Source of the DNA: a virus
Direction: 5' to 3' (one strand)
IMG/VR virus record: IMGVR_UViG_3300050120_000074
Span: 1 to 64,000 of that record
DNA length: 64,000 bases
Shown piece by piece: positions 36,059 through 46,065 of this stretch (position 1 is the stretch's first letter; each line of letters begins with the position of its first letter). The notes beneath the pieces are model-generated. The model ran no database searches. It saw only the letters and a program-made list of their open reading frames with translations, and was not told where the DNA came from. The translations under genes were made by a program, and so were the position numbers.

Positions 36059-37467
36059 GAAGTCACCGCCTGCACATCAATGGCCAGGCTGATCGAGCTA
36101 ACATAGCGGAATTGCTCTGGCAGCGTCGGAGTAGTCGGCTCCGTTACGCTGATCAAGATATCGCTATTCTCGTCCTGAAGAGCAGTGATACCAGCGACCA
36201 GCAGCGCGGTAATAGTCTTTTGCTTGATATTGACTTGGCCGCGCGTTGCCCAAGCGGTATCGCGACCGTACTGCGCGAGAATGATCTCGCTTGCCGTTGA
36301 TTTAACCGAGGCGGGATCGTAGACGGATGCAATTTGCAACGTGATTGCTACCGGAATCTGTATCTCGACGACAGTCACATAGCTGATCTTCATGCTGTCG
36401 TCAGCATCACTGACGATAGTCGATATAGCCGTTTGCAGAGTCGTCTGATCAGTGCCGTCTTTAAGTGCTGCCACGAAAATCGTGTTCATGTTGTTAAGGT
36501 TGGCGCCCCTCACAGACTCCTCGGTCTGTTCATTCCAGACCGAGAGGAATGTGAGCGGAGCAACCGATGGCGACCGCCTGATCAGAAAATCAAAATTGTT
36601 GTTGTATACGGCGTTGCTGTCGTACAGCGACGGGTAAGAACAGATCTCGCGGATCGTCGCGATGTCGAGGGGGTCGGCCCCAGCCTGGAGGACTTCAGCC
36701 AATACGATAGTGCAACCGGCTTCATAGATCGATGCCGTATAGTCGAATGTGAAGGCAGACCCAGATGCAAGCGTTATCGCACCCTCGGTGGATACGACCG
36801 TAACCGTGAAAACCTCACCGGCTGCCGGTTGATATCCCCCGAAGCCGGTGGCTCCGAACTGAATGTACAGCACCTGATTTTCGTCAGTCTGCAAGTGAAA
36901 CATCAACTCGCCAAGTCCGACGTTGACGAAATCCGGGATGTAGGAATATGGGTTTCCATTGACGTCAGCCATACCAACGCTAACGACAGACCCCGTGGCC
37001 GGCTGATTAACCTGGATCTGATAAAACGCCTGACTTGTTGTAACGGTCGAGCTATACGAGGTATTTTCCTGCTGCACAGCAGTCACGGTCGCGCTTCCGC
37101 TTGCAGGTATTGTGGCGCCGACCGTCACCATATAGGCGCGACCTTGCGTATCGGTGAGGGTACGCCCTGTGAGCACAGGCCATGCAGTGGCCGTGGCATT
37201 GGTGACAGTGAGAGAGACGATTGTCGGGGTGCCGAATGGAAGTACGCCCTTTACCGCAGCGTCAGCAAGGACGGTTACATCTCGGGACTTTGTGAATGGC
37301 TCAGCTGCTGCGACATCGTTCTCGACGCTCGCTATTGACAGCATATTGGCAATGGAGTCAAGCCGGGCCAGGATCGTAGGGTCTTTGGCTTGATACAGCA
37401 GGGCCACCGTAGGATAGCTCGATAGGATCGAGACATACGCGGACTGCATCTCGGCAAGGGTCTTCAA
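36055..37467 (-). CDS. Baseplate wedge protein, gpJ-like
   Basis: 470 aa. Position between W-like and I-like genes. Overall pattern typical of Baseplate_J proteins. Confidence 0.5.
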   Translation of the reverse strand: MKTLAEMQSAYVSILSSYPTVALLYQAKDPTILARLDSIANMLSIASVENDVAAAEPFTKSRDVTVLADAAVKGVLPFGTPTIVSLTVTNATATAWPVLTGRTLTDTQGRAYMVTVGATIPASGSATVTAVQQENTSYSSTVTTSQAFYQIQVNQPATGSVVSVGMADVNGNPYSYIPDFVNVGLGELMFHLQTDENQVLYIQFGATGFGGYQPAAGEVFTVTVVSTEGAITLASGSAFTFDYTASIYEAGCTIVLAEVLQAGADPLDIATIREICSYPSLYDSNAVYNNNFDFLIRRSPSVAPLTFLSVWNEQTEESVRGANLNNMNTIFVAALKDGTDQTTLQTAISTIVSDADDSMKISYVTVVEIQIPVAITLQIASVYDPASVKSTASEIILAQYGRDTAWATRGQVNIKQKTITALLVAGITALQDENSDILISVTEPTTPTLPEQFRYVSSISLAIDVQAVTS

Positions 37468-37778
37468 CTAACGTTCCTCAGCTCGTCAACGGTCAGCGTT
37501 ACATCGCCCACCTGAATAATCAATTTTTTCGCATCATTCCGATCCGTTACATCTTGAAAGTAGATCGATACCGATCCGGCTGGCATGGCCGCTAGGATCG
37601 GCAAGTCCGCCTTCATTTTTGCAAGGAAAGCGTTCGCAAGCGCAGAGTTTCTAGGCTTCTGAATCAACTCTTCAACGGGTGCGCCGTAGGTCGATCCGAG
37701 ATAGCCATTCACGGGCGTATCAAGCCAATGCGCGATCATCTGCATGATCCTGCTCGCGTTGATAGTAGTGCTTGCCAT
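37464..37778 (-). CDS. Small baseplate protein (gpW-like, tentative)
   Basis: 104 aa immediately before the J-like gene. Confidence 0.35.
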   Translation of the reverse strand: MASTTINASRIMQMIAHWLDTPVNGYLGSTYGAPVEELIQKPRNSALANAFLAKMKADLPILAAMPAGSVSIYFQDVTDRNDAKKLIIQVGDVTLTVDELRNVS

Positions 37779-40433
37779 CTAGTACGTCCCGCCTTGATTT
37801 CCGATGCCGCCCGTAACCAAGGCCGCGATCTGCCGCTCCGAAACATCCTGGCCGACAGGCTGCTCCATACGCATTACGCCCACAGTTTTGCTCGCATCGG
37901 ATGCGATCTTTTCCGGTGGTGTTGCCGCAGTCGATGGCGCTTTGTTAGTCACGGTTGGCGCCGCGTTACTCGAAGCAACAGCCATGGGATTGTTTGCCGA
38001 CATCGGCTGCAACAGCGGCGGAACCGATAGCGCTGTCGATCCAGGAGCCCCTGGCGTTGCCCCGGTAACAAGAGGGCTAGGCGACGAATTTCCAGATGCG
38101 CCACCTACGACACTGGCATAGCGCGAATCCAGAGCCTTGGCGTTCTTCGTGATGTACTCGTCAGCCGTGGTCGAGCCGCTGCCATAGTTCAGTTTCACTG
38201 CGGCCTGGGTACTGGCCGATAGATCGCTGATTTTTTTGCCGTTCTTCTGTCCGAGAATCAGCTCTTCTGCCGAGGAAGGCCCGAGCTGGTGCATCATGTA
38301 AAGGTTGGCCGCAGTGACTGGCAGCCCCCGTGACTTCAGATACTGCTGATTTGTCAGCGCAAGCTTCATACCGCCCGCGATATTTTGATCCTCGTCAAAA
38401 CGGTTTGTGATGCCTACGCCCGTGGCTGTGCGCCCGGTGAACTGGTATGTGCCGATAGCGCCAGTTGAGGAGATTGCATTCGAATTGCCACCACTCTCCA
38501 TTGCAGCCATCGCCAGCATTTCTCGCGGATCAAGACCCCTCGCAATCGCTGCATCCGTGATCTTTTTCTGAGTAGCCGCCGACATGCCTCCCTTGACGTT
38601 TGCCGAGGTGTTATAGCCGCCCTGTTTGAGTTCACGGATTCGGCTGGCTTCGTCGTTGGTATAGCTGCCATAGGTGCCTAGAGCAGATCCACCGGCAATG
38701 CCGCCGAACGATTCTTTGTGTCGATAAGAGCTATCAAGAGAGCCGAGCAGGCGACCGCCCTGGACGACTGCTGCGTCTTTCGCCGAGCTGAAGCCGTCCG
38801 AAACTTTTGTTGCGGCGCTTGATACGGCTTCTTTGGCTGCCGTATAAGCACTTCCGGCCTTGTCGCCGACATAGCTTGCCGTGCTCTTTGCAGTGTCTAC
38901 AGCGCTCTTAGCGAGATCCTTGGCTCCTTCAACCATGCCGCCGAATTTATCGCCAAGCCAGTTTTTAACCGAGCTGTAGACGTCAGAAACCATGCTGCTG
39001 AGTTTTGATCCGGCATCGGAGATCGATTTGAATACCGCTGACGCGGCGTCAGAAGCCAGCTTACCGGCATCACTGAAAACATTGACGACGTTGTCCCAGG
39101 CACCGGATATTTTTTCGCCGATCTTCGACCAATCGAGTGTAGCCAGCCAGTCGCCGACCATGCCCCCCACCTTCTCCCCAAGCATACCGCCGAGGACGGT
39201 GCCAATAGGGCCAAGGAGCGATCCAAGGGCGCCCCCTGCTAGAGCGCCAACCGCACTGCCTCCACCATGGAACTTCTCTTCCTTCGTCGCGTTGGGATCA
39301 AGGATGGAAGCCATCCCCGTGACAGCCGTGATCAAGTTGCCGAGCATCGGAATACGTTTTAATAATCCGCCCCCAAGCTTGGCTACTTTGCTTAGCCCAG
39401 AATATTTACCGACCTTGCCGAGGAAATTTCCTACTTTGCTGCCAAGGCGACCAATGCGTCCCCATCGGCCACCCTTGGCCGCTGCCCCCGCCTCAGAGCC
39501 AGCAGCATTGCGACCGAACAGGCGCCCAACAAGGTTCTTGGCGCGCCTAGCGATACTGCCGATCAGGCTTCCGCCACGGCGCATGACGCCACCGACAAAG
39601 CCCGCGCCAGGGATATGCTTCAGTAAGCCGGACAGCTTGCCGCCAAGGAGCGAAGGAAGAGCAGCGAGCGCGCCCATCAGAGCGCCCATTAGGCCGCCGC
39701 CTCCTCCACCATTCTTCTTATTGCCCTCGCGCAGCTCGCTCCAGATGCGGCGATACCACGGCACTGAGACTTTGCGCTCAGCCTTCTCTTCGTCGGTGGC
39801 GCCTCCACGAGAGAACATTCCGCCGAGCAGTGACTTGACAGGCTTCATCAAGGGCGACAAGGCATCCTTAATTTCCTTGCCTGCGGCAATTGTCGGATCG
39901 ATTCGCTCACTGCCAGATGTAATACCTGACAGGCCACCCTTCATGCTTTCGACAGCAGAAGCTAGTCGTCCAGCACTATGCCTAGGCGCCCTTCTGTTAT
40001 CTACATCATCCCCATCGTCATCTTTCGGCGATTTCTTTTTGTCAGGCGATCCGCCTTTCGACTTAAATCTTCCGTTCGCTCCACGCTCTGTAAGCGCCTC
40101 ACGGCTCTTACGCGGCACAGCTGGTGCGGAAGGCTGTCTTTTCGAATCAGGCGATCCCTGCGTGATGTCGGACGGCCTGGATAACGAATTGCGAGACGCC
40201 CCGATACCTGCCTCGTTAGAAGCTGGTACAGGCACCCCGCTACCTCGCGAGCGGCGCGGATCTGCCGGAGATACCCCGGAGGATGCCTTGTTTTGAATAT
40301 CCAGCTTGCGGTCGATAGACTCGATACCGGCGTTGATAGCGCGCAGGACTTCGAGCTGGCGACCATAGGCGGCAACGCTCTGCGAGTTGCCCAGGCCCTG
40401 GAGAAAGCCCTGATCATCTGACTGAAAGGCCAT
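37779..40433 (-). CDS. Tape-measure-like protein with Gly-rich hydrophobic region and lytic transglycosylase (SLT) domain
   Basis: LAMAAMESGGNSNAISSTGAIGTYQF is the SLT catalytic motif. Long G/A/L-rich segments and coiled regions. 884 aa. Confidence 0.7.
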   Translation of the reverse strand: MAFQSDDQGFLQGLGNSQSVAAYGRQLEVLRAINAGIESIDRKLDIQNKASSGVSPADPRRSRGSGVPVPASNEAGIGASRNSLSRPSDITQGSPDSKRQPSAPAVPRKSREALTERGANGRFKSKGGSPDKKKSPKDDDGDDVDNRRAPRHSAGRLASAVESMKGGLSGITSGSERIDPTIAAGKEIKDALSPLMKPVKSLLGGMFSRGGATDEEKAERKVSVPWYRRIWSELREGNKKNGGGGGGLMGALMGALAALPSLLGGKLSGLLKHIPGAGFVGGVMRRGGSLIGSIARRAKNLVGRLFGRNAAGSEAGAAAKGGRWGRIGRLGSKVGNFLGKVGKYSGLSKVAKLGGGLLKRIPMLGNLITAVTGMASILDPNATKEEKFHGGGSAVGALAGGALGSLLGPIGTVLGGMLGEKVGGMVGDWLATLDWSKIGEKISGAWDNVVNVFSDAGKLASDAASAVFKSISDAGSKLSSMVSDVYSSVKNWLGDKFGGMVEGAKDLAKSAVDTAKSTASYVGDKAGSAYTAAKEAVSSAATKVSDGFSSAKDAAVVQGGRLLGSLDSSYRHKESFGGIAGGSALGTYGSYTNDEASRIRELKQGGYNTSANVKGGMSAATQKKITDAAIARGLDPREMLAMAAMESGGNSNAISSTGAIGTYQFTGRTATGVGITNRFDEDQNIAGGMKLALTNQQYLKSRGLPVTAANLYMMHQLGPSSAEELILGQKNGKKISDLSASTQAAVKLNYGSGSTTADEYITKNAKALDSRYASVVGGASGNSSPSPLVTGATPGAPGSTALSVPPLLQPMSANNPMAVASSNAAPTVTNKAPSTAATPPEKIASDASKTVGVMRMEQPVGQDVSERQIAALVTGGIGNQGGTY

Positions 40434-40435
40434 GA

Positions 40436-41272
40436 TTAACGCAGGCGCTCAAAGAAGGCATCAGCTTGGGGGGTAGGGACGGGCTCCTCGCGAGGCCGCT
40501 GGATTCGCGGCAGGTCTACAGTGAGAAAGTCATGCGCGTTATCGAACAGCGCCGAGTTGCCGTGAATCGGCAGGCGCCCCACATCGAGGACGCCGTCGAG
40601 AATTGCTTCAGTCTTGCCAGTTTTCTTCGACAGCATACTGATCAGCTCGGTATTCTCAGCCGTCAGGCTCTCAAGGATCGCCTTCATACTGTCGATTTCC
40701 CTCTGCTTAACGTCCAGCATCTCGTTGACGGTCTCGAACAATGCATCGCGGTCGGCGACCTCGTCGAGGATCGCGATATCTTCGCCGCTCACGCTATCGA
40801 GCACATAACCGCGATTCGTGTTGTAGTTCGGCTCTTTGACCAGATCAAAGCCGAAAAAGTCGGTGGCAAGGTCGCGACCATTAACCGCACGCGCGCGAAT
40901 CGCCGACGAGAACCCATAGGCTTTGCTGCCGTAGACGCGAGCTGCAATACGGCCAGACGAGGTGTCGAGAAATTCGATTTCATGCTCGATATCACCATTA
41001 GGGTGCGCCTTGATCGATGTCGTGCGTATGGCGGGCTCAAGCGAAAACTGTTTGCCGTTGAGAATGCCGCCCTCCGCAGGATCGAGCCCAAACTTCTCGC
41101 GAGGCCAGTGGCCGAAGTAGCCGAACATGTCGCCGCTCTTGACCCGCTCCTGCACGGAGCGCCCGTTGATCACACGCATGACCGAAGGAATATCGAAGCT
41201 GCGATCCTGGCCTCGGAACATCCGGTCGCGCTCAGCAACGTTGAATCTGATCAGGCCGGTGGTCTTACGCAT
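40436..41272 (-). CDS. Putative head maturation protease/scaffold-like protein
   Basis: Immediately follows the portal gene with an 8-nt overlap. C-terminal half is coiled coil. Assignment mainly positional. Confidence 0.35.
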   Translation of the reverse strand: MRKTTGLIRFNVAERDRMFRGQDRSFDIPSVMRVINGRSVQERVKSGDMFGYFGHWPREKFGLDPAEGGILNGKQFSLEPAIRTTSIKAHPNGDIEHEIEFLDTSSGRIAARVYGSKAYGFSSAIRARAVNGRDLATDFFGFDLVKEPNYNTNRGYVLDSVSGEDIAILDEVADRDALFETVNEMLDVKQREIDSMKAILESLTAENTELISMLSKKTGKTEAILDGVLDVGRLPIHGNSALFDNAHDFLTVDLPRIQRPREEPVPTPQADAFFERLR

Positions 41273-42851
41273 TACTCGCTTCCTCTTCATTCACCTGCTT
41301 GGAGACAGGCGACGTACTGAAACTATCGTCACCAAAGCCACCACCCATCATTGACTGGGGCGGCTTCGCCTCCTTGATGCCTCGGGCGATCTTCTTCGCG
41401 TCTTCCTCATCGAAGCCCATCTCGGAAGACAGCAGGCTGACCATGGTGTCCTCTGGCAGCCCGAGATTTCGCATCGAATCCAGAACAGTCATCAGCACTG
41501 CACTGCCATTGATCTTCCGCTCGTGAGTCTCGGTATTCTCAGCTTCCAGGGCGCTGATCGAGCCGTAGAAATTGATCTCGTATGGGCGGTCGCCGTCCTC
41601 CCACACAAATCCCCACTTCGACCATGTGTGTAGGTCAATCAGATAGTGGAAGAATGAGGACAGCGCGGTCCGGATCATTCGGCTGCGCTCGGCTGCCTGA
41701 GCGGATACACGGAAGAAGCCACCATCCCCGAGCCCACCCGACAACTGATCAGAGAAGCCAAGCAGGGCCAAGTCGATGCCGAGTGCGCCCGCCAGCAGCT
41801 TGGCTTGGAGCATCACGTCGTCGATGGTCATGCCGTTGGTTGCCGTGGCGCCTTGGAAGCTAGAGATGCTGGTGACCTGCTTCTGGCCGCTGACCGGGAG
41901 AACGTGATACTGACGCGTCGTGACCGGCTTGTTTTCGCGCACCGCCTTCTCGGCGACTTCCTTCGACTTGGTCAGCATCTTGTTGATGCTGGCCATGAAT
42001 GTCTTGCGCTGCTGGAGCGACATGCCTTCGGTCTCGACAGTGATCAGGTTCTCGTCGATGGTGCCGAGGATGCGCTGGCCTACCAGGCCAAGCAGCGAGG
42101 CGCGAAGACGCTCATATGGCTCCTCGGCCTCGTACAGAAACGATCCGCCGACCATGGCTGGCATGGCTGGAAGATTCTGGATGTCGTCCTCTTCGAGGTG
42201 GTAGCGGTAGGCTTTCTCGATAGCCTTCATCTGCGGAATCCACAGAAGGCGAGGCATTTTCATACGTGCCATCTGGGTTGGCAGCAGGCGCACCTGCTGC
42301 TTCTCACCGCTAGAAACTACATAGCCCACGGTGGCGTTGCCCTTCTCATATGGCTGCACCATGGGCGGGTACACCATCTCGTTGCAGCTGATATCGATCA
42401 GGCCCTCGCCGTCCTTCAGGTACACCCTGGCGTAGGAATCTCCGAAGCCAGCCGCGTTGAACGAAACACCATGCGCCTCGCGATTGAAAATAGGCGCGCA
42501 GTTAAGCTTGAGATCATTCACATACTTCGCGTATTTCTCACTACCAGGCTTCACCTCGATGAAGACGGTATCCCCGGTGGTCTCATGGCCTCCGAGCGCC
42601 TGAGTGACGTGCAAACGCAATGCAGTTGCAATGATGGGGTCTTCCATCATGCGCGCGAACTTCTCATAGATCATTACGCGGGAGCGGGCAACGCGGTCGC
42701 CAGAACCCAGCAGCATCGACACGCTGACCGTGTCATAGCCCATCATCGTATCGGCAGAATCAACCTGGGCAATGGCCCGGTCACCATCCACCAGCGCCTG
42801 CGCCAGTTTCTTGGCCCGCGCCCACATGCCACTTTCAGTCGAGTCAGCCAT
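41265..42851 (-). CDS. Putative portal protein
   Basis: 528 aa. Position downstream of TerL and upstream of the scaffold-like gene. Acidic C-terminus. Confidence 0.55.
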   Translation of the reverse strand: MADSTESGMWARAKKLAQALVDGDRAIAQVDSADTMMGYDTVSVSMLLGSGDRVARSRVMIYEKFARMMEDPIIATALRLHVTQALGGHETTGDTVFIEVKPGSEKYAKYVNDLKLNCAPIFNREAHGVSFNAAGFGDSYARVYLKDGEGLIDISCNEMVYPPMVQPYEKGNATVGYVVSSGEKQQVRLLPTQMARMKMPRLLWIPQMKAIEKAYRYHLEEDDIQNLPAMPAMVGGSFLYEAEEPYERLRASLLGLVGQRILGTIDENLITVETEGMSLQQRKTFMASINKMLTKSKEVAEKAVRENKPVTTRQYHVLPVSGQKQVTSISSFQGATATNGMTIDDVMLQAKLLAGALGIDLALLGFSDQLSGGLGDGGFFRVSAQAAERSRMIRTALSSFFHYLIDLHTWSKWGFVWEDGDRPYEINFYGSISALEAENTETHERKINGSAVLMTVLDSMRNLGLPEDTMVSLLSSEMGFDEEDAKKIARGIKEAKPPQSMMGGGFGDDSFSTSPVSKQVNEEEASNA

Positions 42852-42930
42852 AAAATTCCAAGCGCAAAATACGGATTCGTTTGGACCATCTTAGGGACTG
42901 GCCGACCATTGTTGCGTTAGCGCTTTCCGA

Positions 42931-43425
42931 TCAGATACCCACCAGCAAGTCTTCCCGTGGGTTGAGCAATAACAGGCGCGTATATGGCGGGATGTTGCCC
43001 TTCGAAGTGACACCCACAACCTCGTAAGGGATGATGATTCCAGCGCCAGGCGTGGCAATGACGAGGTCATGCTTGTCGGCGAAGAAATAGGCCGAGTTGG
43101 TAGGATCAACAACGCATTCGACCTGGGCCTGGATCATCCCTTCTGCATAGATCGGGACGCTGTCGTCGTCTGACATGTTGCCGATATCCGGCGTATAGAT
43201 GTCGGCGAACAGGATGCTTGCGGCACCAAGGTCCGAGTAAGTGAAGTCAGCCTCGTCTTCACTGTCCAGAACCCCGGCCCCCCCAAGAGTCGGCAGGCCA
43301 CCCTCGGACGTGCCAGCAGTACGATTGACAGTCTTCCTCTGCACAGTGCAAGGCATCGCGTTAGGATGACGTAGCACTATCTGCCGCGTGATCCGGTTCA
43401 CTTGTATCGGTACGTTGTTCAGCAT
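42931..43425 (-). CDS. Hypothetical head-module protein
   Basis: 164-aa ORF upstream of the portal gene. Confidence 0.45.
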   Translation of the reverse strand: MLNNVPIQVNRITRQIVLRHPNAMPCTVQRKTVNRTAGTSEGGLPTLGGAGVLDSEDEADFTYSDLGAASILFADIYTPDIGNMSDDDSVPIYAEGMIQAQVECVVDPTNSAYFFADKHDLVIATPGAGIIIPYEVVGVTSKGNIPPYTRLLLLNPREDLLVGI

Positions 43426-43432
43426 GTCAGTC

Positions 43433-44518
43433 TCACTTGCTCATTCTGTCGATGTCGGCTTGGCGGTCGGCGATCTCGGCGCGCAACATCAAGCGGATGG
43501 CCTCGCTTGTACGCGGGTTATCCATGAGCGACTGCGCTGACTTGATGGCCTTCTTGGTGTCGCTGATGGCTTTGCGCTTGTCTTTGACCTCGGCCTTCCT
43601 GGCCTGCTCGGCAGCTGCCTTTTTGACGTCAGCAACCGAAGCCTTCATGGCCTGAGTTTGTTTCCAGCGTTCGCGCTCGGCTTTCTTGTCATCCGATGAG
43701 ACCACTCGACGCTGACGGTAGGACTCCTTAGCCAGCTTGTCGGCATATTCCTTCATGGCCTTGACTGTGTTGTTCGACTTGACACGCTCAACAGCAGTTC
43801 GCGCATCAGTGATCATTTTTATCGCGTAGCTTTTGAACGTCGGCGAACCGAGGATAGAGGTCATCACTCGCAGTGCGTGCTTGCACCCGCAACCGTGAAG
43901 GAGCGGGTTGGTAATTTTTGGGTATGCCGATTCAAACCATGGCCCAGCTTCCCACCCTCCGATAGTTGCGATGTAACGTAATCGGTATCGCCAATCCTCG
44001 CAGTTGCAGTCGATCTTCAGCTTTCCCTTGAGCATTTTCGTCACGGCGCTCTTGGGCTCGGCTGGATTAACTACACAGTTCTCGAACTCTAAAAACACTA
44101 TGCGAACCATGTGCCGTCTATGGATCGACTTAGGGCCAGCGTTCGTCTGAAATGTGACCGTGCCACCTCTGGCCTGGATCGGGATAGCGGTATGGATCTC
44201 TTTGTGCGCTCGCTCGCGCGGACCTGGCATCGACGTATCGAGCATTCGCTGCGCAGTGATACCGCCAATCGCCTTCTTTCCGAGAAGCCTTGCAGTTGCA
44301 GCGAATGCCTCTATATCGCTTGGGGTTATAGGCCTATGGCCATTTCCACCAAGCGTTGTCAGAAGGTTGCGTTGGAGATCATAGGCGCCTGCGATCTCAT
44401 CGGGTGAGATCAGAATATCTGAAACACTTCGATCAGAGACACCAGACTTGTGCCTAGCGACGGCTTCTTTCAGCGCCTTGTTGACGGCAATTAGATGGCC
44501 TGGGTCAGCCTTTGCCAT
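43433..44518 (-). CDS. SWIM-zinc-finger-like protein with long Lys/Ala-rich coiled-coil tail
   Basis: KIDCNCEDWRYR...GCGCKHALRV fits CxC...CxH. C-terminal 110 aa is K/A/E/R coiled coil. Confidence 0.5.
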   Translation of the reverse strand: MAKADPGHLIAVNKALKEAVARHKSGVSDRSVSDILISPDEIAGAYDLQRNLLTTLGGNGHRPITPSDIEAFAATARLLGKKAIGGITAQRMLDTSMPGPRERAHKEIHTAIPIQARGGTVTFQTNAGPKSIHRRHMVRIVFLEFENCVVNPAEPKSAVTKMLKGKLKIDCNCEDWRYRLRYIATIGGWEAGPWFESAYPKITNPLLHGCGCKHALRVMTSILGSPTFKSYAIKMITDARTAVERVKSNNTVKAMKEYADKLAKESYRQRRVVSSDDKKAERERWKQTQAMKASVADVKKAAAEQARKAEVKDKRKAISDTKKAIKSAQSLMDNPRTSEAIRLMLRAEIADRQADIDRMSK

Positions 44519-44519
44519 A

Positions 44520-44819
44520 TCAGCGCACCGACGTCATGACAGTGGCGATCCCGAGGGCGGACTTCATCGCAGACAGCTTCGCCGAGGTCGGGAGCACCAG
44601 CTCGCGCTCGGTAAGCTTTTGTGTTGTGATGCGGTCGATGCCTGCCGCTGCGATGATCACGAGGTATTCGTCAGGCGTACCGTAGACGCGCCGAGAAATC
44701 AGCGTGGGGTCGAAGTATTCATCGGGCTTAGTGAAGTACGTCTGACGGTCGCCCGACCAAACTGGCTCGGTGAGCGCGAACGTACGAACCATGCGATACA
44801 GTCGGGAAGTCTCAATCAT
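44520..44819 (-). CDS. Small LysM/gpX-like protein (tentative)
   Basis: ISRRVYGTPDEYLVIIAAAGIDRITTQKLTERELVLPT resembles tail protein X/LysM-like motifs. Confidence 0.35.
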   Translation of the reverse strand: MIETSRLYRMVRTFALTEPVWSGDRQTYFTKPDEYFDPTLISRRVYGTPDEYLVIIAAAGIDRITTQKLTERELVLPTSAKLSAMKSALGIATVMTSVR

Positions 44820-44887
44820 GCCCCGATTGTGAATGGGGCGATGGCGCTACCGGCGCGGCGGTTTCCGATGACCTCCGCGCCTTCCGG

Positions 44888-45364
44888 TCAGTTGCTGGCC
44901 GTCATGTCCGCGCAATTGAAACCACGATCACCACGCGGCGGCGTATCAGTGTTTGCAGTAGCGCAGAACAGGGCCTTCACATCCATCTTGGTCGCCACAC
45001 GGATCGACTGCAAAGGGATCTGGGAGCCATTGCCAAGAGTGATCATCACGCCATCATCGTACTTCTGCATCGTCCCCATCTGCGGATGCCCTTCGTACGT
45101 GTAGGTGATGTTGACGGTTCCGCGATTGATATCGTAGGAATCGATCTTCAGATTTCGGAATGGTACGCCGTCACCCACCATGACGCGAAAGGTGATGGTG
45201 TCGTAGGCCATGCGCACGAGGCCCTCGTGACCAGGGATGACATAGACCCCGGTGAAACTTCCAGATACCCAGTTGGCGCCGAGCGGGTCGGCATTGGCAT
45301 CTAATTCAGCGTGGGCCACGCCGACGCACAGGGTCAATGCAATTGAAGCGATAATCTTTTTCAT
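44888..45364 (-). CDS. Secreted/periplasmic protein (cargo gene)
   Basis: Classical signal peptide MKKIIASIALTLCVGVAHA-ELD. Flanked by intergenic gaps, unlike the coupled neighbours. Confidence 0.6.
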   Translation of the reverse strand: MKKIIASIALTLCVGVAHAELDANADPLGANWVSGSFTGVYVIPGHEGLVRMAYDTITFRVMVGDGVPFRNLKIDSYDINRGTVNITYTYEGHPQMGTMQKYDDGVMITLGNGSQIPLQSIRVATKMDVKALFCATANTDTPPRGDRGFNCADMTASN

Positions 45365-45401
45365 GGTGCTCTCCGGTTCGTGTGGTTTCTGATTGGGTGA
45401 T

Positions 45402-45791
45402 TCAGTCGATGCGGCCTGCGAGGTCCAGCAGGCGCTTCATTATCCGGCGCCGAGATCCACCTTGCCTGACGATCTGTATCGCCAGCAGTGCGGTTGTCCG
45501 GGTGCCACGGTCGTAATTTCCTGATGACAGATCGGCCATGCGCCGTGCATAGCGCGAGATCCCCATCACCGCATCCACCGGCTTACGATCATCATGGCCT
45601 GCGATGGCGTGCATGGTGCTGATCGTAGCGTTCGCCGTGAATAACTGAGTGTCGCGGATTGCCAGCAGCGTCTTCAACTCCAGCACGCGGTTGCGCAATA
45701 CGCCCGCGCAGCTATGAGCACGAATGTCATCAATCGCCTGTGTATGCTCGCAGACCGCGCAAATTCTGACGTCGGCTCTCATGGCTCTCAC
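45402..45791 (-). CDS. Hypothetical protein
   Basis: 129-aa ORF ATGA-coupled to the upstream 81-aa ORF. Confidence 0.4.
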   Translation of the reverse strand: MRAMRADVRICAVCEHTQAIDDIRAHSCAGVLRNRVLELKTLLAIRDTQLFTANATISTMHAIAGHDDRKPVDAVMGISRYARRMADLSSGNYDRGTRTTALLAIQIVRQGGSRRRIMKRLLDLAGRID

Positions 45792-46033
45792 GACTCCTCA
45801 ACCTCACAGGTCATTTTCCAGTTCTGATCAGGGCCTTTACCCAGGACCTTGGAATAGAACGCCGTGGCGTTGTCGCACTGCTCGCGAGATTCGATGTGTG
45901 CCACCAGGATGATCGGCCCACGCTTTTGGTCTGGGGCGCAGGTTTCCAGGGTCGATTGGGTCATGCAGAGGGTCAGCATCAGTGCCATCATTTTCGCGTT
46001 GTCCTGTAACGGCGTTGAGAATGGCTCAAACAT
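45788..46033 (-). CDS. Small hypothetical protein with hydrophobic N-region
   Basis: MMALMLTLCMTQS hydrophobic stretch (non-canonical lipobox). Start uncertain. Confidence 0.35.
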   Translation of the reverse strand: MFEPFSTPLQDNAKMMALMLTLCMTQSTLETCAPDQKRGPIILVAHIESREQCDNATAFYSKVLGKGPDQNWKMTCEVEES

Positions 46034-46065
46034 AACAACACGCTAATGCATTTGCAACCACTAAG

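Noticed and set aside
45788-46033. o-spanin or lipoprotein call for the 81-aa ORF (LMLTLC)
   Set aside because: The residue before Cys is Leu, so the lipobox is non-canonical. The gene is far from the lysis cassette and the start codon is uncertain.
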